Both the position numbers and the translations under genes were made by a program. The notes below the pieces were generated by a model. The model had not been told where the DNA came from. It saw only the letters and a list, made by a program, of their open reading frames with translations, and made no database searches. A stretch of DNA of 56,287 nucleotides, the filler included, from Sluysia triapertura (Eukaryota), in the NCBI GenBank assembly GCA_046118255.1. It is 4 parts of 4 records of this genome, joined end to end, with 100 filler letters (N's around TTAATTAATTAA, not from the genome) between each part and the next. Parts side by side here need not be neighbours in the genome. Positions count along the whole stretch, not along the records: positions 10,869 to 23,259 come from JBJNIA010113864.1; positions 23,360 to 40,982 come from JBJNIA010186613.1; 2 more parts are not named here. One strand, 5' to 3'. Each line of letters begins with the position of its first letter. Positions within the stretch are counted from its first letter, which is position 1. Shown here piece by piece: positions 12,816-26,420 of the stretch.

Positions 12816-14460
12816 TTATAAGATACTCAGGAGGCTGTAGATGTTTTCACCTTTACAACTCTGATTCCTCTTTCTACTTTTTATTTCAATTTTTAATATA
12901 TTAAATTAAATGTGTTCAACTTTTCTAAGCTTGAATCAATTATAAGATTATTAAATTTATGGCTTCGCCTGTGATACACGGTTTATATTACGCGAAAGAT
13001 GTGCTCGCAGGATTTTTGTTGACAAGTGCTGCGCAAAAAAATTCCTTATTACGTGAGTGTGAATTCTTAGTTGTTACTATACTTATTACTTTGGTATATT
13101 TCTCGAACTTTTATACAAATACTTAATAATTATTCGATTAAATTCTAAAAAATTTACCTATGAAATTATTCACTTAATATCAGTTATATCTTACAAGAAC
13201 GTACTTAAAGTATTAACTACAAACGTATGTTAATATTTTCTTAATGTTTCTTCTTCTAATGAAACCCTTTTCAAATAATACGAATTTTTAGAGAACAAAA
13301 TAAAATTTTTATTAATGCAAATGATAACGTAATAATATGATAATTAACAAATCAAATATTCAATATGAAATATAATAAATAAATAAATTAATTAAGATTT
13401 ATTTTAAATGGGATTTTAACCCAAGAGTAATTCTTTGGATCAAAATAGATTAGATTTTAACTAATAATTTAAGGCAACAGATTTATGCCAAAGACTTAAC
13501 AGGAATAAGCTTACTTAGTGACAGCGACTTCAATCATTAATCCAAATGAAAGTTTATCTCAATGTCAAGAATAACTGATGTGAGGAATTGTTGAAAGATG
13601 GTGCTGGATTAATCTTTGTTATATTTTGACAATTTGTTTTTACTGGATATTCATGCAAGTTGGTATTTTTTCTTATACGATAAAGCTCGAATCCTTCTTT
13701 TTAACCAACAAATGATGATTTACCTCTGTGTCCACCTTTTGATGTTTTTCACTTATATTTTTTTTGATAAGCTTATTCCGTACCAAAATGATTATTAGAT
13801 AAATAAATAATTTTTTGATTGATTTTTGATGAAAATAAATAATACTATAATTTTTTAATATACAATTGACGCTATTAACAAAAATATTTATCACAATATA
13901 CTAATTCGCGAACTTAATATTTACAAAATAATGATAAACTATAATTATTTACAAAAAGTACAAAACTTAAAACTTCTTATTTTCAAATAATTAATGTTTA
14001 AATTAAAAAAAAATTTTATTTTCGGATAATTATTGATATTAATTGTTTCTTAGTATGTTTGAAAATATTTACAATTTATATTTTAAGAACCATGATTTTA
14101 ATTCTTGAACATTTCAAAGGTTCCAAACATTTTACAAGGTTATGCAAAAGTTTATTAAGGTCTTAAAAGTCTTCAAAGACTCCGAAAGATCAACATGGTC
14201 TCAAATGATCCTAATGTTCAGAATCTCAAAGGTTCTTTACACTTCATGACATCTTTCCAAACCTTATTTAAGTCTTCACAAGGGTCTCAATACCCTACAA
14301 AGGTCTTCGTAACTCCAAGGTATTCTTCGGTTTCAAAATGATTATAAACATTTTACTGTTCATTATTCTTGCTCTAGTAATATTTAATCATGTTTATATT
14401 ATCATATTTCAGATCTTTTATATCATTTTTTCTTTTGCCTTTTTATCTACTTTCTTATAC
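12816..14460 (-). repeat. Dispersed repeat copy A (12816-12907 plus 14091-14460), split by ~1.15 kb of extra sequence
   Basis: The two segments are clear reverse-complement matches to one contiguous block at 52775-53273, e.g. ctcaggaggct.tagatgttttcacctt and taccctacaaaggtctt...aactccaaggtattcttc. Confidence 0.85.
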
Positions 14461-16788
14461 TAACTGGACAATCTCAACATTTTTCTCAAGGAAATTTTAC
14501 ATTTTATATTTTTTTGAAATTTCTGATGAAATTTTATTTTAAATTTAACTCTGAATTCGATTTTGATTTTTGTTTTAAGTTGATTTTTATGATAAGAATA
14601 ATAAAAAAGGCCTTAAGCCGATTTTTAATGTTTCTATCAAGTCCTTTTCATAATAGAATTTTAAAATATAGAATGTACCTTAAGCCCAATTTTGTAATAT
14701 TATTTATAAAAATGTTATTTTTAAAAATAAAGCAATTACATACTTTAAATGCTTAAACGTAGCCCGGCCATTTCATGGTAATTTCGCTAATGCAGAATAA
14801 TTCCGATTCTATCGTTCATTTGATTATTTCGTTACGCAGATGATTTCAATAAAAGCTTCCTTAACAATTTGTTTTCATAAATTTTGTGTAAAATTTATTT
14901 TATTCATATAATAAAATTCATTAATAAAATGTTACCATAAAATACGAAATTATTTTATTACTAGAAATATTTACGTTAAATTTATGATAGAATTTGTTAC
15001 ATAAAATAATAAAATAATTATTAATATTACATTAAAACATATGATAAACTATATTGGTCATAAAATAGTAATAAAACAATAGCACATATTAAGTACTGTT
15101 TTAACATTTGCAAAATATTATCTACTTATTAATGTAAAAAATTAATGTGAAAAAAAAATTTTCGAAAATTTTAAAATTTATTTTATTAGAAACATTTACT
15201 TACTAAAGTAAGTAATATGTAAATAAATTTTAAGTTTATGAAAATTCACTTAGAAAAGTAAATTCGTTTCAATAATACAATCACAATTAATACATTATAA
15301 TTTTCTCTCTGGATTAATTTTTTTACTGCAACTAAATTGGAATAATTAGTGGCTGGATTTCAACGATTTCGAAATATAATTACCTTTTAAAAAATTGATA
15401 AGTATTATTTGTTTTAAGGCTGCTTTACCCATTACAGTAAAATATAAAAACAAACTTTTGTAAAAAAAAATGCGCATAACCCGACTCAATGAGAGGAAAA
15501 ATTATAAATTAAAATCATTCGAGATAAAAAATGAAAGGCCTAACAAGCTTTAAGTTAACATATTCTATCATTCGTTAATAAATTCTTTCATTAATTATTT
15601 CACATTATTTTATTATTGTGTACGTTGAATTTGAACTATATATCAATATATATACATTGAATTATATATATTGCAATTAATTTGTTCGCTTAATAAAATT
15701 TAATGGTATTGGTGTTTTATTGTGAACAATTGATGTAAATTACTGAAGAATTTTGATATAAGTTATTAAAGCATATCCCTGGCGCCTCTTCAACTAAATA
15801 AGTTGGTAATTACCTTAAAAGTAAAAATGCGACCTTACAAATTTAAAGATTGAGGGTCTAATACTCAGTGAATTAAGGCACAACTTGCAGTATACTAAAC
15901 AAAACTAAAAATTCACAATTTTTATTAAATAAAATAAAAATATTATAATTCGGATCACAAAACTTAGAGTTAAATTCAATTAAATAAAAGTTTCTTACAG
16001 ATAAAACTGATCATTATTTAACTTATGATTAAATAAGATTTTTCCTGTATCCTACTCCCTCAATATATTGAAAATTTAGATTTTAAGTAGATTTTTCGAT
16101 GTTAATTTTCTTAAACAAAATTAATATCAACTTAGAAAAAATAAATTAATTTTACGTGAAACTGATAGAGATTTTGCAAATTGATCGAATGCACTAAAAA
16201 GTTTAATTCATCCAAATCAAAATGGCGACGATTGAAATGGTTATTTTTCATTAAACTGATGCTAGTTTATATAGTATTCATCATCCAATGAAAATCGATG
16301 GAATGTGCCAGAACGTTCTAGGAGCTTCTATTCTATTTTTAGAAGCTAATTTTCTTTTTTAGAAAAATTTCTTTTTTGGAAAATGATTATTTTTAAAATG
16401 ATTTTAAAGATTTATAAATAGTTTTAATTGATTTTTAAATAATTTTTTAAAGCATTTTGTAATTTTTGAAGGTTGTGATGACAACCTATCATACTTTAAA
16501 ACTTATCATTTTCTCTAGTGATAACTTTCTAATCTGTTACTCTTATAAAATCTTTTATTCAAACAACTAATCTTAACTTAATCTGTCAATTAAAAGCCAT
16601 TCAATTTGCTATTTTCAATTAATTAATTGAATTATAAAATTCTCAGTGTTGACTCGCAGAAAGATTCTCGATGTTTAATTCAATTACAAAACTTGCATAT
16701 CAAATTAATTAAACTTTAATTATAAAACTTAAATTAATTAATGCTCATAAAACTTTATGATATTTAATATTACAAGTCTTTAATAATA

Positions 16789-17010
16789 AATTCAATTAAC
16801 AACTCGTTAATTAACAAACTCAATATTTATTGAGATAATTAGATTTATCTTTTAATTCAAAATCAATTCAATTATACACTAAGCGTTAATTGACGAACTC
16901 AAAGTAGCAATACAAACTTATTGAAATAATTACATAAACTAGACCTTTTAATTCAAAATCAATTCAGCTATACAGTAAACGTAAAAATAAATTCGATTAT
17001 ACACCAAACA
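16789..17010. repeat. Degenerate tandem repeat, ~75-95-bp units
   Basis: Recurrent ttttaattcaaaatcaattca..tataca and cgttaatt.ac.aactcaa blocks. Confidence 0.7.
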
Positions 17011-18201
17011 AAAGTAATTAATGATAAACTAACAATAAAATATATACACTAAGATTTACTATTAAAATTCCTTTTAATATGTAAGATTATTTTATAAAAG
17101 CTTTTGTTAATAGTTTAATCTAGAAATCAAAATCAAAGATTAAAAATTAAGAAATTAATTTATTATTCCTTTAGCAGAATAATCAACTTACGTGCTACCA
17201 AAGATCATCAAGAATATGTAATGTGTCAGCTGGTTGGGATCTCTTCCAAATCAAACAGAAGATGACGATACTTAATTATAGGTTATCCAACAAATCTGTT
17301 GTAAGTAGCGAACTTAGACGAATGAATGTATTTTAATTCGTGCGATTAAGATTTTAGATCAACTTTTGTTTATATTTTTTTGTGTTCGTTTAAATCAGTT
17401 TTTTCTATTTATATTCTAATTTTTTGAAGGTTAGCAGATGTTTAAATTTCAATTTTTTAGCATTACCTGCAACAGGTTTTATTTTTATTAATTTATTCAG
17501 CTGATCCAATTTCAGTTGTCAACAGGTTTTATTTTTCATTAAATTATTTATTTTATTNNNNNNNNNNNNNNNNNNNNNNNNNNNNNNNNNNNNNNNNNNN
17601 NNNNNNNNNNNNNNNNNNNNNNNNNNNNNNNNNNNNNNNNNNNNNNNNNNNNNNNNNNNNNNNNNNNNNNNNNNNNNNNNNNNNNNNNNNNNNNNNNNNN
17701 NNNNNNTAGTAAAGTAGTTAGATGCTGCGGCAATTTGACTTGGTATCCCAGTCTAACAATTTATTTTCACTTTAATCAATCGTAGAATTCTTATAATTGT
17801 GACTCCACGCCTATAACTCCTTATTATTATTATTTCTTATTAACATTACTGTTATTATTATGACTAGTATTTCAAAATATATTAAAATTTAAATAAAGTA
17901 ATTATAAAATATATAATTTTTCCGACAAGAACGTTAAGACTCTCAAGAAAAACTCAAAGTCTGAAATTGGGAAATATGTATTTCAAAAAATAAAAATAAA
18001 GCACTTAAATAACCAGAGGAGAATTAGTAGGCTGAATATAAACATCGTATAAATAAAAAATAGAAATAAAGAACAGCAGCTTAATACAGATTAACAAAGC
18101 AGATGTAAATGAATTGTATGACAAAAGTTTTAATAGAGAATAAAATTAATTATTGTGTGGAAAAAATTTACTATATAATTAAAAAAATTATATTGAATTC
18201 A

Positions 18202-19429
18202 CATCATACTTCAAAAGTATAGGACCCCCTTTATTTTTGCTGCACATACAAACACAATTTATATTATAACAAATTATCAATATTAAATAAATCAATTTCG
18301 TTTCAAAAGTATAAGACATTTTTTGTAAGTATTTATATTTATATTGTTATATAAATATTTATATTGTTTATATTTATATTGTTTTAATATTTACCGTAAT
18401 AGTGGCGCGTGGATTTAAACTTAGTGAATATGAAAAAGGAAAGATTGATGATATTCCAAAAAAGGGGTAAGTAATTCAAACACTACCAAAAACTTAAACA
18501 GATCAAGACAATATCCAATTATTTGGATGATAGTTATAAAAAACAGTAGAAACAAATAGGTCGTCCTAAGGCACTTGTTTAATAAGGTATGCGAAAAATA
18601 CAACTCGCATAATGTCAAATTTAGAGCTAAAATGCTGTAAAACAACAGTATGGTTGAATTCATTAAAATGCTTTCACTTACAGATGCTCATAACTTTGCC
18701 GAAAGTCATATTAATAATCACACTGAATGGACCAAGATAATATATCTCAGATGAGAAGAAAATTAATTTCAGTGGTCCTGATGGTATTTTCTAAGAGAAC
18801 TTGTGGTGAAGGATAAGTTATGGATGGGGTGATATAATTTACGATAAAAAGCTAGCTTTACGTGTGGTTCCATCAATTCTTAATGGTGATAAGTACTGTG
18901 ATTTGGTAAAAGAAATAGTAGTCCAGAAAATATCAATGTAATCTCTCAGTAGGATTACGCTCCTTGCCATCGATCTAAAACTACACTTAATAAGTTCAGT
19001 GAAGATAGATCAAAAATGTTAGAGTGGCCAGCATGATCTCCTGACCTCAATCCAATAGAAAATGTATGGTCTCAATAATCCTTTAAGGAAAACAATATAG
19101 AAATATATCTGCAATATTGGATGCTTGGGAAAAGATTGAAATAAAAATTGTAAATATATTGATTAATTTAATGACAAAAAGGTGTTTAGGGGTATTGAAA
19201 AACTCGGGAACATCAATAAAATACTAATTTTGTACAATAAAAGTTTGTATAATGTGCCTTATATTTTTGAAACAAAATTTATTTAACTAAATGCAATACA
19301 GTAATTAAAAGGGTACTAAACTGCAAACCATAAATAAGTAATAGTTTACTCGTGTTTTATTTATTAAATATTATTGTGCTTGTGTATACAGCAAAAGTAG
19401 GGTGTGTCCTATACTTTTGAAACAGGTTA
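18202..19429 (+). mobile_element. Tc1/mariner (Tc3-like, DD34E) DNA transposon, defective, with IR/DR-type termini
   Basis: ~60-bp TIRs (ttcaaaagtataggac...tttgctg...acaa.cacaat). Inner copies of the motif at ~18296-18320 and ~19252-19280. TA on the right (19430-31), CA on the left. Confidence 0.92.
18402..19227 (+). pseudogene. Inactivated Tc3-like transposase
   Basis: (M)ARGFKLSEYEKGKID; WTKII.SDEKKINFSGPDG; Q*DYAPCH; WPA*SPDLNPIENVW; AILDAWEKI...SIKY*. Exactly 34 residues between the second D (18953) and E. Stops, frameshifts and deletions present. Confidence 0.93.
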
Positions 19430-20697
19430 TATATAACTTCAAGAACAACGATAAATTAAATCGAAAATTAAGTCATTTCATATTTTTTTGAATTTTAGAA
19501 AAGTTTATAATTTCATAAAATTTAAAAATAATTTTTAAAGTGTCATTCATTATAAACAAGCATAAGAATATTTGATTATTGATAAATAAAAACTAATTTT
19601 AAGTTTTATTAACTTATTTTATTTTAAAGTAATATGATAATTAATAAATTATTAATAATTATTATTAATTATTAGTCTACTAAATTTGTAAACATTTTCA
19701 ATTATATGTTGTCGTTTTTCTTAAATAAACCTTGTGTAGAAAAATAAAATTGCTAATGTAATAGGTTCAGATAATAAAGCGTAATTTGCAACTCTAAGTA
19801 AGCAATTCTATTACTTTTACTTGACTATGACTTCAGCTATCATTATTTTATTTACTGTGACATAACCAAATATTTCAATTCAGTTAATAATAAATTTAAA
19901 ATCTTCCACATTAACTCAAGTTAATAACCAAATATCCAGTAACGAATTTCGATTGATCGCCAATCTTGAACTATCATTCAAAAATTCTTTCTATTTGTAT
20001 TTTTTTCATAAATATATTTAAATTCAAATTTGCCTTAAAAATTTTACACTTAAAAATAACAATGATCTAATTATCATTATTAGTTTTTTGCATCACTTTT
20101 AAAAAAATCGATATTTACCGTTATGAAAGTTAAATATTATTACGTTTTTATATGTAACTGATTTCCAAAATTTAATTATCGATTTCTATGCCAAAAACTA
20201 TTTTACATAGGACTACTTTAAAAATGATTTTATTTATTATCTTTTATTATTATAATTTTACTGAAAGTTTTAAATTCAAACATAATTTTAATCAATAAAA
20301 ATGATTTCATTAAGCAGAACAATTAAAATTTATTTGTTTTGGACATTTTTCTTGTTTATTTTAAACTTATCTTTGCAATTATATTGTTAAATAAAGAAAT
20401 GATTAAAAGAGATAATAAATACTATTAAAGAATATTTCTTAAACATATTTGAATAAGCTAAAGAACGTATGAATATTGTAAATTAAATAAAATTCTATTT
20501 CAAAAAGTTTTTTTTTAAAAATCAACCAGAAGAATGGAAAAATAATAAATATATATTTAATCCAAAATGCAAAAATTTTATTATTTACTTATTTAAAATT
20601 TAAATTGACCTTTATTCAAAATTTATTAAATTAAATAAATTTAAATAATATAAATTAATTTTCAGTAAATTAAATAAATACGTATCAAATTTGAAAT

Positions 20698-21370
20698 TGT
20701 GATGGCCAACTTATAAATTTTAACAAATTTTATTAATTTTTTTGGACACAACAAAATCACACTTTACAATTTTTCATAATTTTTTTACTTTCAAACATTT
20801 CGGACATAAAATTCTACAACATCGAACATTACTTCAAAAATTAAAAACATTAATTCAACGCATTCCTTATAAAACTACATTCCATAATTTTTCAACTACT
20901 GTTACATCAACTACCTTTTCATATTTTGTCTCCTTTACTTTTAATAAAACATTACCACAATTTCTCAAAACATGTCCATTTCATACGTTACAACACTAAA
21001 ATTACACTCACGTTCAGACCATCAATACACATTAAATTTCACTAAAACATTTTGTTCATTATTTCATAACATCAGAATAGCAAGTTACACTCCAATCTAA
21101 TCCAAAACATTTCAAATTCATAATCCTACAATACATAGTCTCTAATATCACCTAAAAACAACTATATTTAAAGATTCTTTTAAATATTCAGCCTTTAAGA
21201 TTTCTATAGATATTAAGATCCTAAATATATGTAAGAAATAAAAGAAATAACAGAAAGATTGTGTTCTTTGTATTTTAAAAGATTTATGATTTTAAAATTT
21301 TAATAATAATAGTAATAATAATAATTTTGTAGCTATCCACTATAGCCTGTCAACAGTCGACAATTTTTTA
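20698..21370 (+). mobile_element. Dispersed LTR-like repeat, copy 2
   Basis: Inverted homolog of 6240-6882; begins TGTGATGGCCAAC. Confidence 0.6.
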
Positions 21371-21422
21371 ATTTAATGCAGTCTATATAACTTTAAACTA
21401 CAGACTGATGATGGTTATTAGT

Positions 21423-22915
21423 GTGCCTCCTAGAAACAAAAGATGAAGAAAACCAAAAGTTTATACAACAACTACCTTTTAAGGTTAAATAGTTCAAACA
21501 AAGTTTAATTGGTATGCAAACTAATTTACATAATGTGTGTGATACGATAAATCAAAATAGTACTGATTCCAGGATGAATCCAGACTTAGAATCTAGCAGT
21601 GCTTCAACGGGACATGACCAATCAAATTTAATCAACAATACATATGTAAATAATAGTGTTTCTTTATTACAAATTCTGAACGAATCTGTGGATTTTCCGG
21701 GATTAATGGAAAACATTAACAACTTAGGAAATGCAATTGGTGATGTGATGATGAAATTAAAAGTAATTAAATTTTTTGATGTTCTTAATGTAATTATCAT
21801 TATTGCTGATCAATTTTATCCTTTTATTTTTTTAGTATCTTCAAAAAATGAAAAACTGAATATGCTCAGAAATACGTTAAAGAAAAATAAAACTTAAAAT
21901 TAAAATTTGAAATTTTTGTTTATACTAATAAAATTTATTGTAAGATATTTTGTCTCTTCCTTCACTATGAATTTTGTTAGAAATATCTTAGAACTTTAAA
22001 CTTCTCAATGTTTAATTGTATTAAAATTAAATAAAATCAAAGAATTAATTGATCAACTTGTATATAATTTGAAACTAAAATTTTTAAATCGTAAAGATCA
22101 TTTTATACAACAACCAAAGAAATAATAAAATTTTACTTAAAATTAATATTGAGTATTATGAATTAATGAAAAACTTAAGACAATTTACGCTTAAGTGTAT
22201 GATTATCAGTTTATAGAGAACCATGATGTGTTTTCCAGAATAAAACTAATAAATTTCTATCTTATCTTACATAAATAGTTTGTATTGTTACATTGTAAGC
22301 AAATTTTATTAATTTTTTGATACATTATATACATGGAATATGATTACTATATTTCATATTTTACATATTATCATTTAAAACTAAGTAATTTATTTAAGGA
22401 AAGATGTAAAGGTGATCCAAGTGTGGAATCCGAATTTATATAATTAAAAGGATTGAAAATTGCAAATTAAGAAATTTTACATAAATTGAAAGAAGAAAAT
22501 CCACTTACAGTTGTAATTCATCAAATGGATCAAAAACGATTTATTGCACCCAGAAGTGCTTATATTTGACAACCAGACAATAAAATGATGGCAAACAAAT
22601 TACATATAGGTCGTAATTGCACGAGTAAATTGAATAGTGAAATAGCTAAATAAGTTATTAAAAAGATCAAATAAAATGAAATATTTCAAAGTTTTATTCA
22701 TGTTTTAAAACGATTAGAATCAAGAAAATCTCAATGTAAGTCAGTCGTGTTTATTTTTTTAAATCATGCATCGTGAACAATGAATTAAATGATATTATCA
22801 AATGTCAAAAAGCATTTACAAAAAATCGTTCCAGAATATTGTTAGATTAATTTGATATTTCTGTTATAAAATTCACATTATTATTGGATCAAACATCCCG
22901 CTGAAATACGATTAA
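21423..22915 (+). pseudogene. Decayed ORF downstream of the LTR-like repeat (possible gag/ORF1 relic)
   Basis: (V/M)PPRNKR*RKPK start, the 127-aa ORF 21514-21897, and a protein-like ~130-codon frame from 22381 with scattered stops (LSNLFKERCKGDPSVESEFI*LKG...). Weak protease-like FTLLLD near 22872. Confidence 0.35.
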
Positions 22916-23259
22916 ATGGTTTCGTCAGCTTTATGCCGGTTTTAAATTTAATAAAACTTGCTTAAATAAAAAAACAAATAGTAAGAAGACAAAAATTAAC
23001 GATAAGTAAGTGCAAGAGTAACCATAATTCGTATAAAGACTTATATACAATATTAAATCCCTCAAAAATATGGTTAAAAATGGTATAAAACTTTACCTTT
23101 AAGAATTGACGAAAAATTACGTCATTCGCGAATAAAGGAAAATTCTTTCTATGTCGAATAAAAATAACAAAGTGATTTATATTTAGCATTAATAAGTACA
23201 CAATATTTAATAAACAACTAAGTAAGCTTAATATTGTTTTGATAAAATTACGTGAAATG

Positions 23260-23359
23260 NNNNNNNNNNNNNNNNNNNNNNNNNNNNNNNNNNNNNNNNN
23301 NNNTTAATTAATTAANNNNNNNNNNNNNNNNNNNNNNNNNNNNNNNNNNNNNNNNNNNN
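23260..23359. other. Artificial sequence-joining spacer N44-TTAATTAATTAA-N44
   Basis: Same 100-nt structure as at 10769. Confidence 0.97.
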
Positions 23360-23514
23360 CAAAGTAATATTTCATGATCAACTGTATCAAAAGCAGCAGA
23401 CATGTCTAATAAAACCATCAAAACACATTTATTGTGTTAAAAACAATTTAAGATATCATAATTTATTCTTAAAATAGCCGTTTCTGTTGAGTGATAGGCT
23501 CTGTAGGCTGATTG
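23360..23514 (-). mobile_element. L2/CR1-group LINE reverse transcriptase fragment (5'-truncated, runs into the piece end)
   Basis: QSAYRAYHSTETAILRINYDILNCF*HNKCVLMVLLDMSAAFDTVDHEILL carries the canonical QSAYR..HSTETAL and LLDLSAAFDTVDH motifs; one in-frame stop. Confidence 0.92.
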
Positions 23515-25499
23515 TTACAATTTCATTGATTAATTAAGCAAAAAACGAAATCTTAAAAAAAATCCATGCATTTCAATATTATCTCATACAAAAATTAAAG
23601 TTTCTGGAATCAAACACTCATCTTAATCAAACTCATCATAATAGAATTACTACCGAGTTGTACAGTCAAGCTAGTATAATGAAACAATATAATAGGATTT
23701 ACTTTCTAAATAAGTTTTCAATGTCAAAATCCTATTTTTCTTAATTGAAGTTTGTTTTTCTGAAGTACGTTTTTACGGTATCCTCCGCAAGATTTCCCAG
23801 GGCTACCAAATGGAAAATGAATATTTTTATTGTTTTAGGTATGGACCCAATAATCACCTATAAGCTATCTTATGAATAATCTTGATACATTATAACAAAA
23901 AGGCTTTAAATACAAATAAAACAATTTAATCATACTAAAGCTAAGAATAGCCCCAAAATAAAGGCTCATCTGAAATAACCGCCAATAGGCGATCGATTGA
24001 TGAGCAATTTGACTGTTAATTTTAATTATATTTTAATTGCGTGTTTCTAAAACTCAACTGATTTTAATATTAATTTTGTTTAGTAGTTATATTTTAGTAG
24101 TGATTAGAAAAATTAATGCTTTTTTCGTTTTTGGAGATAAGCAAAAATTACCAAAAAATTATAATTTGTGTAAATAGACTTGTTAATGTTTCAGTTACTA
24201 ACAATATTGAGTTTTTAATCCTATTCGTAATTGCTTATACTTTGTACTTTCATCTTTATAAATTATAGTATTATTATTTTAATTTATTTTGCACTCTTCT
24301 TTGGTATTTTTATTCATTTCTTAATCCAACATTAGACAGTATAATACATTTCAGCGTTTTAAATATCATTGTTAATATTTCCTTAGTAGTTGGACTGAAA
24401 CTTTTGGCTTGATGAAATTAAAAAAGCAAACACAAATAAAAATAACAATTTTCTGTCATTTAAAACATTTAAAAAGGTATTTTAATTCATTAGTAACCAA
24501 ACTTTGAAATACAACAACTAAGGAGATAATAATTTTTATCTATACATACTCTGAAATCGTGTCAAACATACCAGAAGTGTAAATATAAAAGAAAATCAAG
24601 TGAAAAATATTCATTAAATGGTATTAAAATAAACTATTGAAACGAATGAAAAGCTAAAATAAATCAAAATTAGCTGTACGATACAGTAAAAATGTGAAAT
24701 AATGGACGCTGTATGGATTCAAAAATAGCACGGATGCAAAAAGCACGGGGTTTTCATATAATTTAAACTATAAGTCAAATAATTTTGTCATATAACTTAA
24801 TCTTTTTAGAAATTATTTAGAATTTTGTAATTATAATGCTTATATATTATAAATTATAATTTCTTATAATTTCTGGTCTAATTTCATTTGCTATTCGTCA
24901 TATTTTTTGGTTAAGAAGGATTCAATAAATTTATTAATTGTTTTAATATAATGCTTAAATTATTTGACAAGAGGATTAAATTACGTAAAAAATCCTGTCA
25001 TTAGTTCTAAAAATGTAAATACGAATATTGAAGAAAATATCAAATATTAGAAAATTTATTAATAAATACATAGTAAAATCAGTGTGCATTAATAAATAAT
25101 AATCTAGATTAAAGTTTTATTATACAAAATATTGTGAAATAAATCGTTATTATATATTCAATAAAAACAAAAGTAGAATTCCAAATCATGATTATTTATA
25201 AGTGCTTACTTCACGTAAATAAATAAAAAATCAGAAACTAAAACGAATGTCTTTATAAAAATTTATACAGACTACAAAGTGTTAATAAGATAAGCGATAA
25301 ATTAAATATAATTTGTTTCAAAAATCCGCAACCACCCTCCCAAAAGTGTGATTATGAAGTATTTATAGACATTCTTTCTATATTATTATGAATGAGGCAT
25401 GTCATGCTCTTTTGAGTAAACGTTTAGTTATTACTTGCTACAAAGTGAGTTACAATTTGAATACAAACAATATTTATTAAAATTATAATACAAAATGTG

Positions 25500-26420
25500 A
25501 AATAACAAATGCTTCAGCCATTCTATCCTTAGGTATGCTCTAATATAAAATTTTATGTGGACATTTACATTGCATTTCTTCGTTATTCATTTTATGAGGC
25601 TTTTTGCTTATATTTTAATATAAGGAGTTCATGGGGCAAATCGATTAACTCCACTTTTTAATTTTTTATAAATTGAAGTGTCAACGCCCACTTTTCTTAT
25701 TCATTTTAAATTTCCTACTATCACGTGTTTGTTGTTAACAATAAATTGTTTAGTGTCTCTTGTAAGCGTACAGTTCGTAAGTAAAATAATTTTAAATATT
25801 AATAAGTTTCTGAGATATAATTTTAGAATTTACTAATCCGACAGCGATCAGAATCAACCAATAGAATGAAAATACTGTTTTTATATAAAAAGAAAAATCA
25901 AAAGATATTCGAAATCATTGCATTTCTGAAGAGAAAAGAAACATAAACATTAGATGATACGATACATTTTTTTAATGCTGTTCATTATAAAAAGTGAAGT
26001 TTAAATGCCACAGAATCAAGTAAGCATGAATTGTTAAACAATTATGAGTTTAGAAAAAAATAACAATTGCACTGTTACATCAAAGCATATTAAACTAATA
26101 CTTATTATTTGGATTCTGAAAATGGTTCAGATTCATTATATGATTCTTTGAGCTGAATGTAATTCTGATAATTTGGCTTGAAATGTCCAAAGAGATATGA
26201 GAATAAAAAGCTCTTAAAACATAGTGAGACTTAAAGTTTCTAAACTCGTATAATTTCCATTTAAACAAAGACAATATCTTCAACAACTGACTCAAGAAAC
26301 CCGGTCCCTTTCATGAATGACCTCCATATTTTCCTTCAACTCGTCTTTACAATCAACTTTGCAAGTATTCTTTATAGTCAGGAACCAAATGATGATACGA
26401 AATTCAACTGTAACATACAT
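25500..26420 (-). mobile_element. Decayed mariner-type transposase relic
   Basis: MYVTVEFRIIIWFLTIKN...DELKE-YG (cf. E.R.VIKFL..KG...EL..VYG), FEYL, KTV, D-AP (cf. SPDLAP) and SIPKD...AF in the expected order; heavily frameshifted. Confidence 0.45.

Noticed and set aside
17548-17733. ORFs spanning N gaps (also 49696-49921)
   Set aside because: Artefacts of translating N runs.
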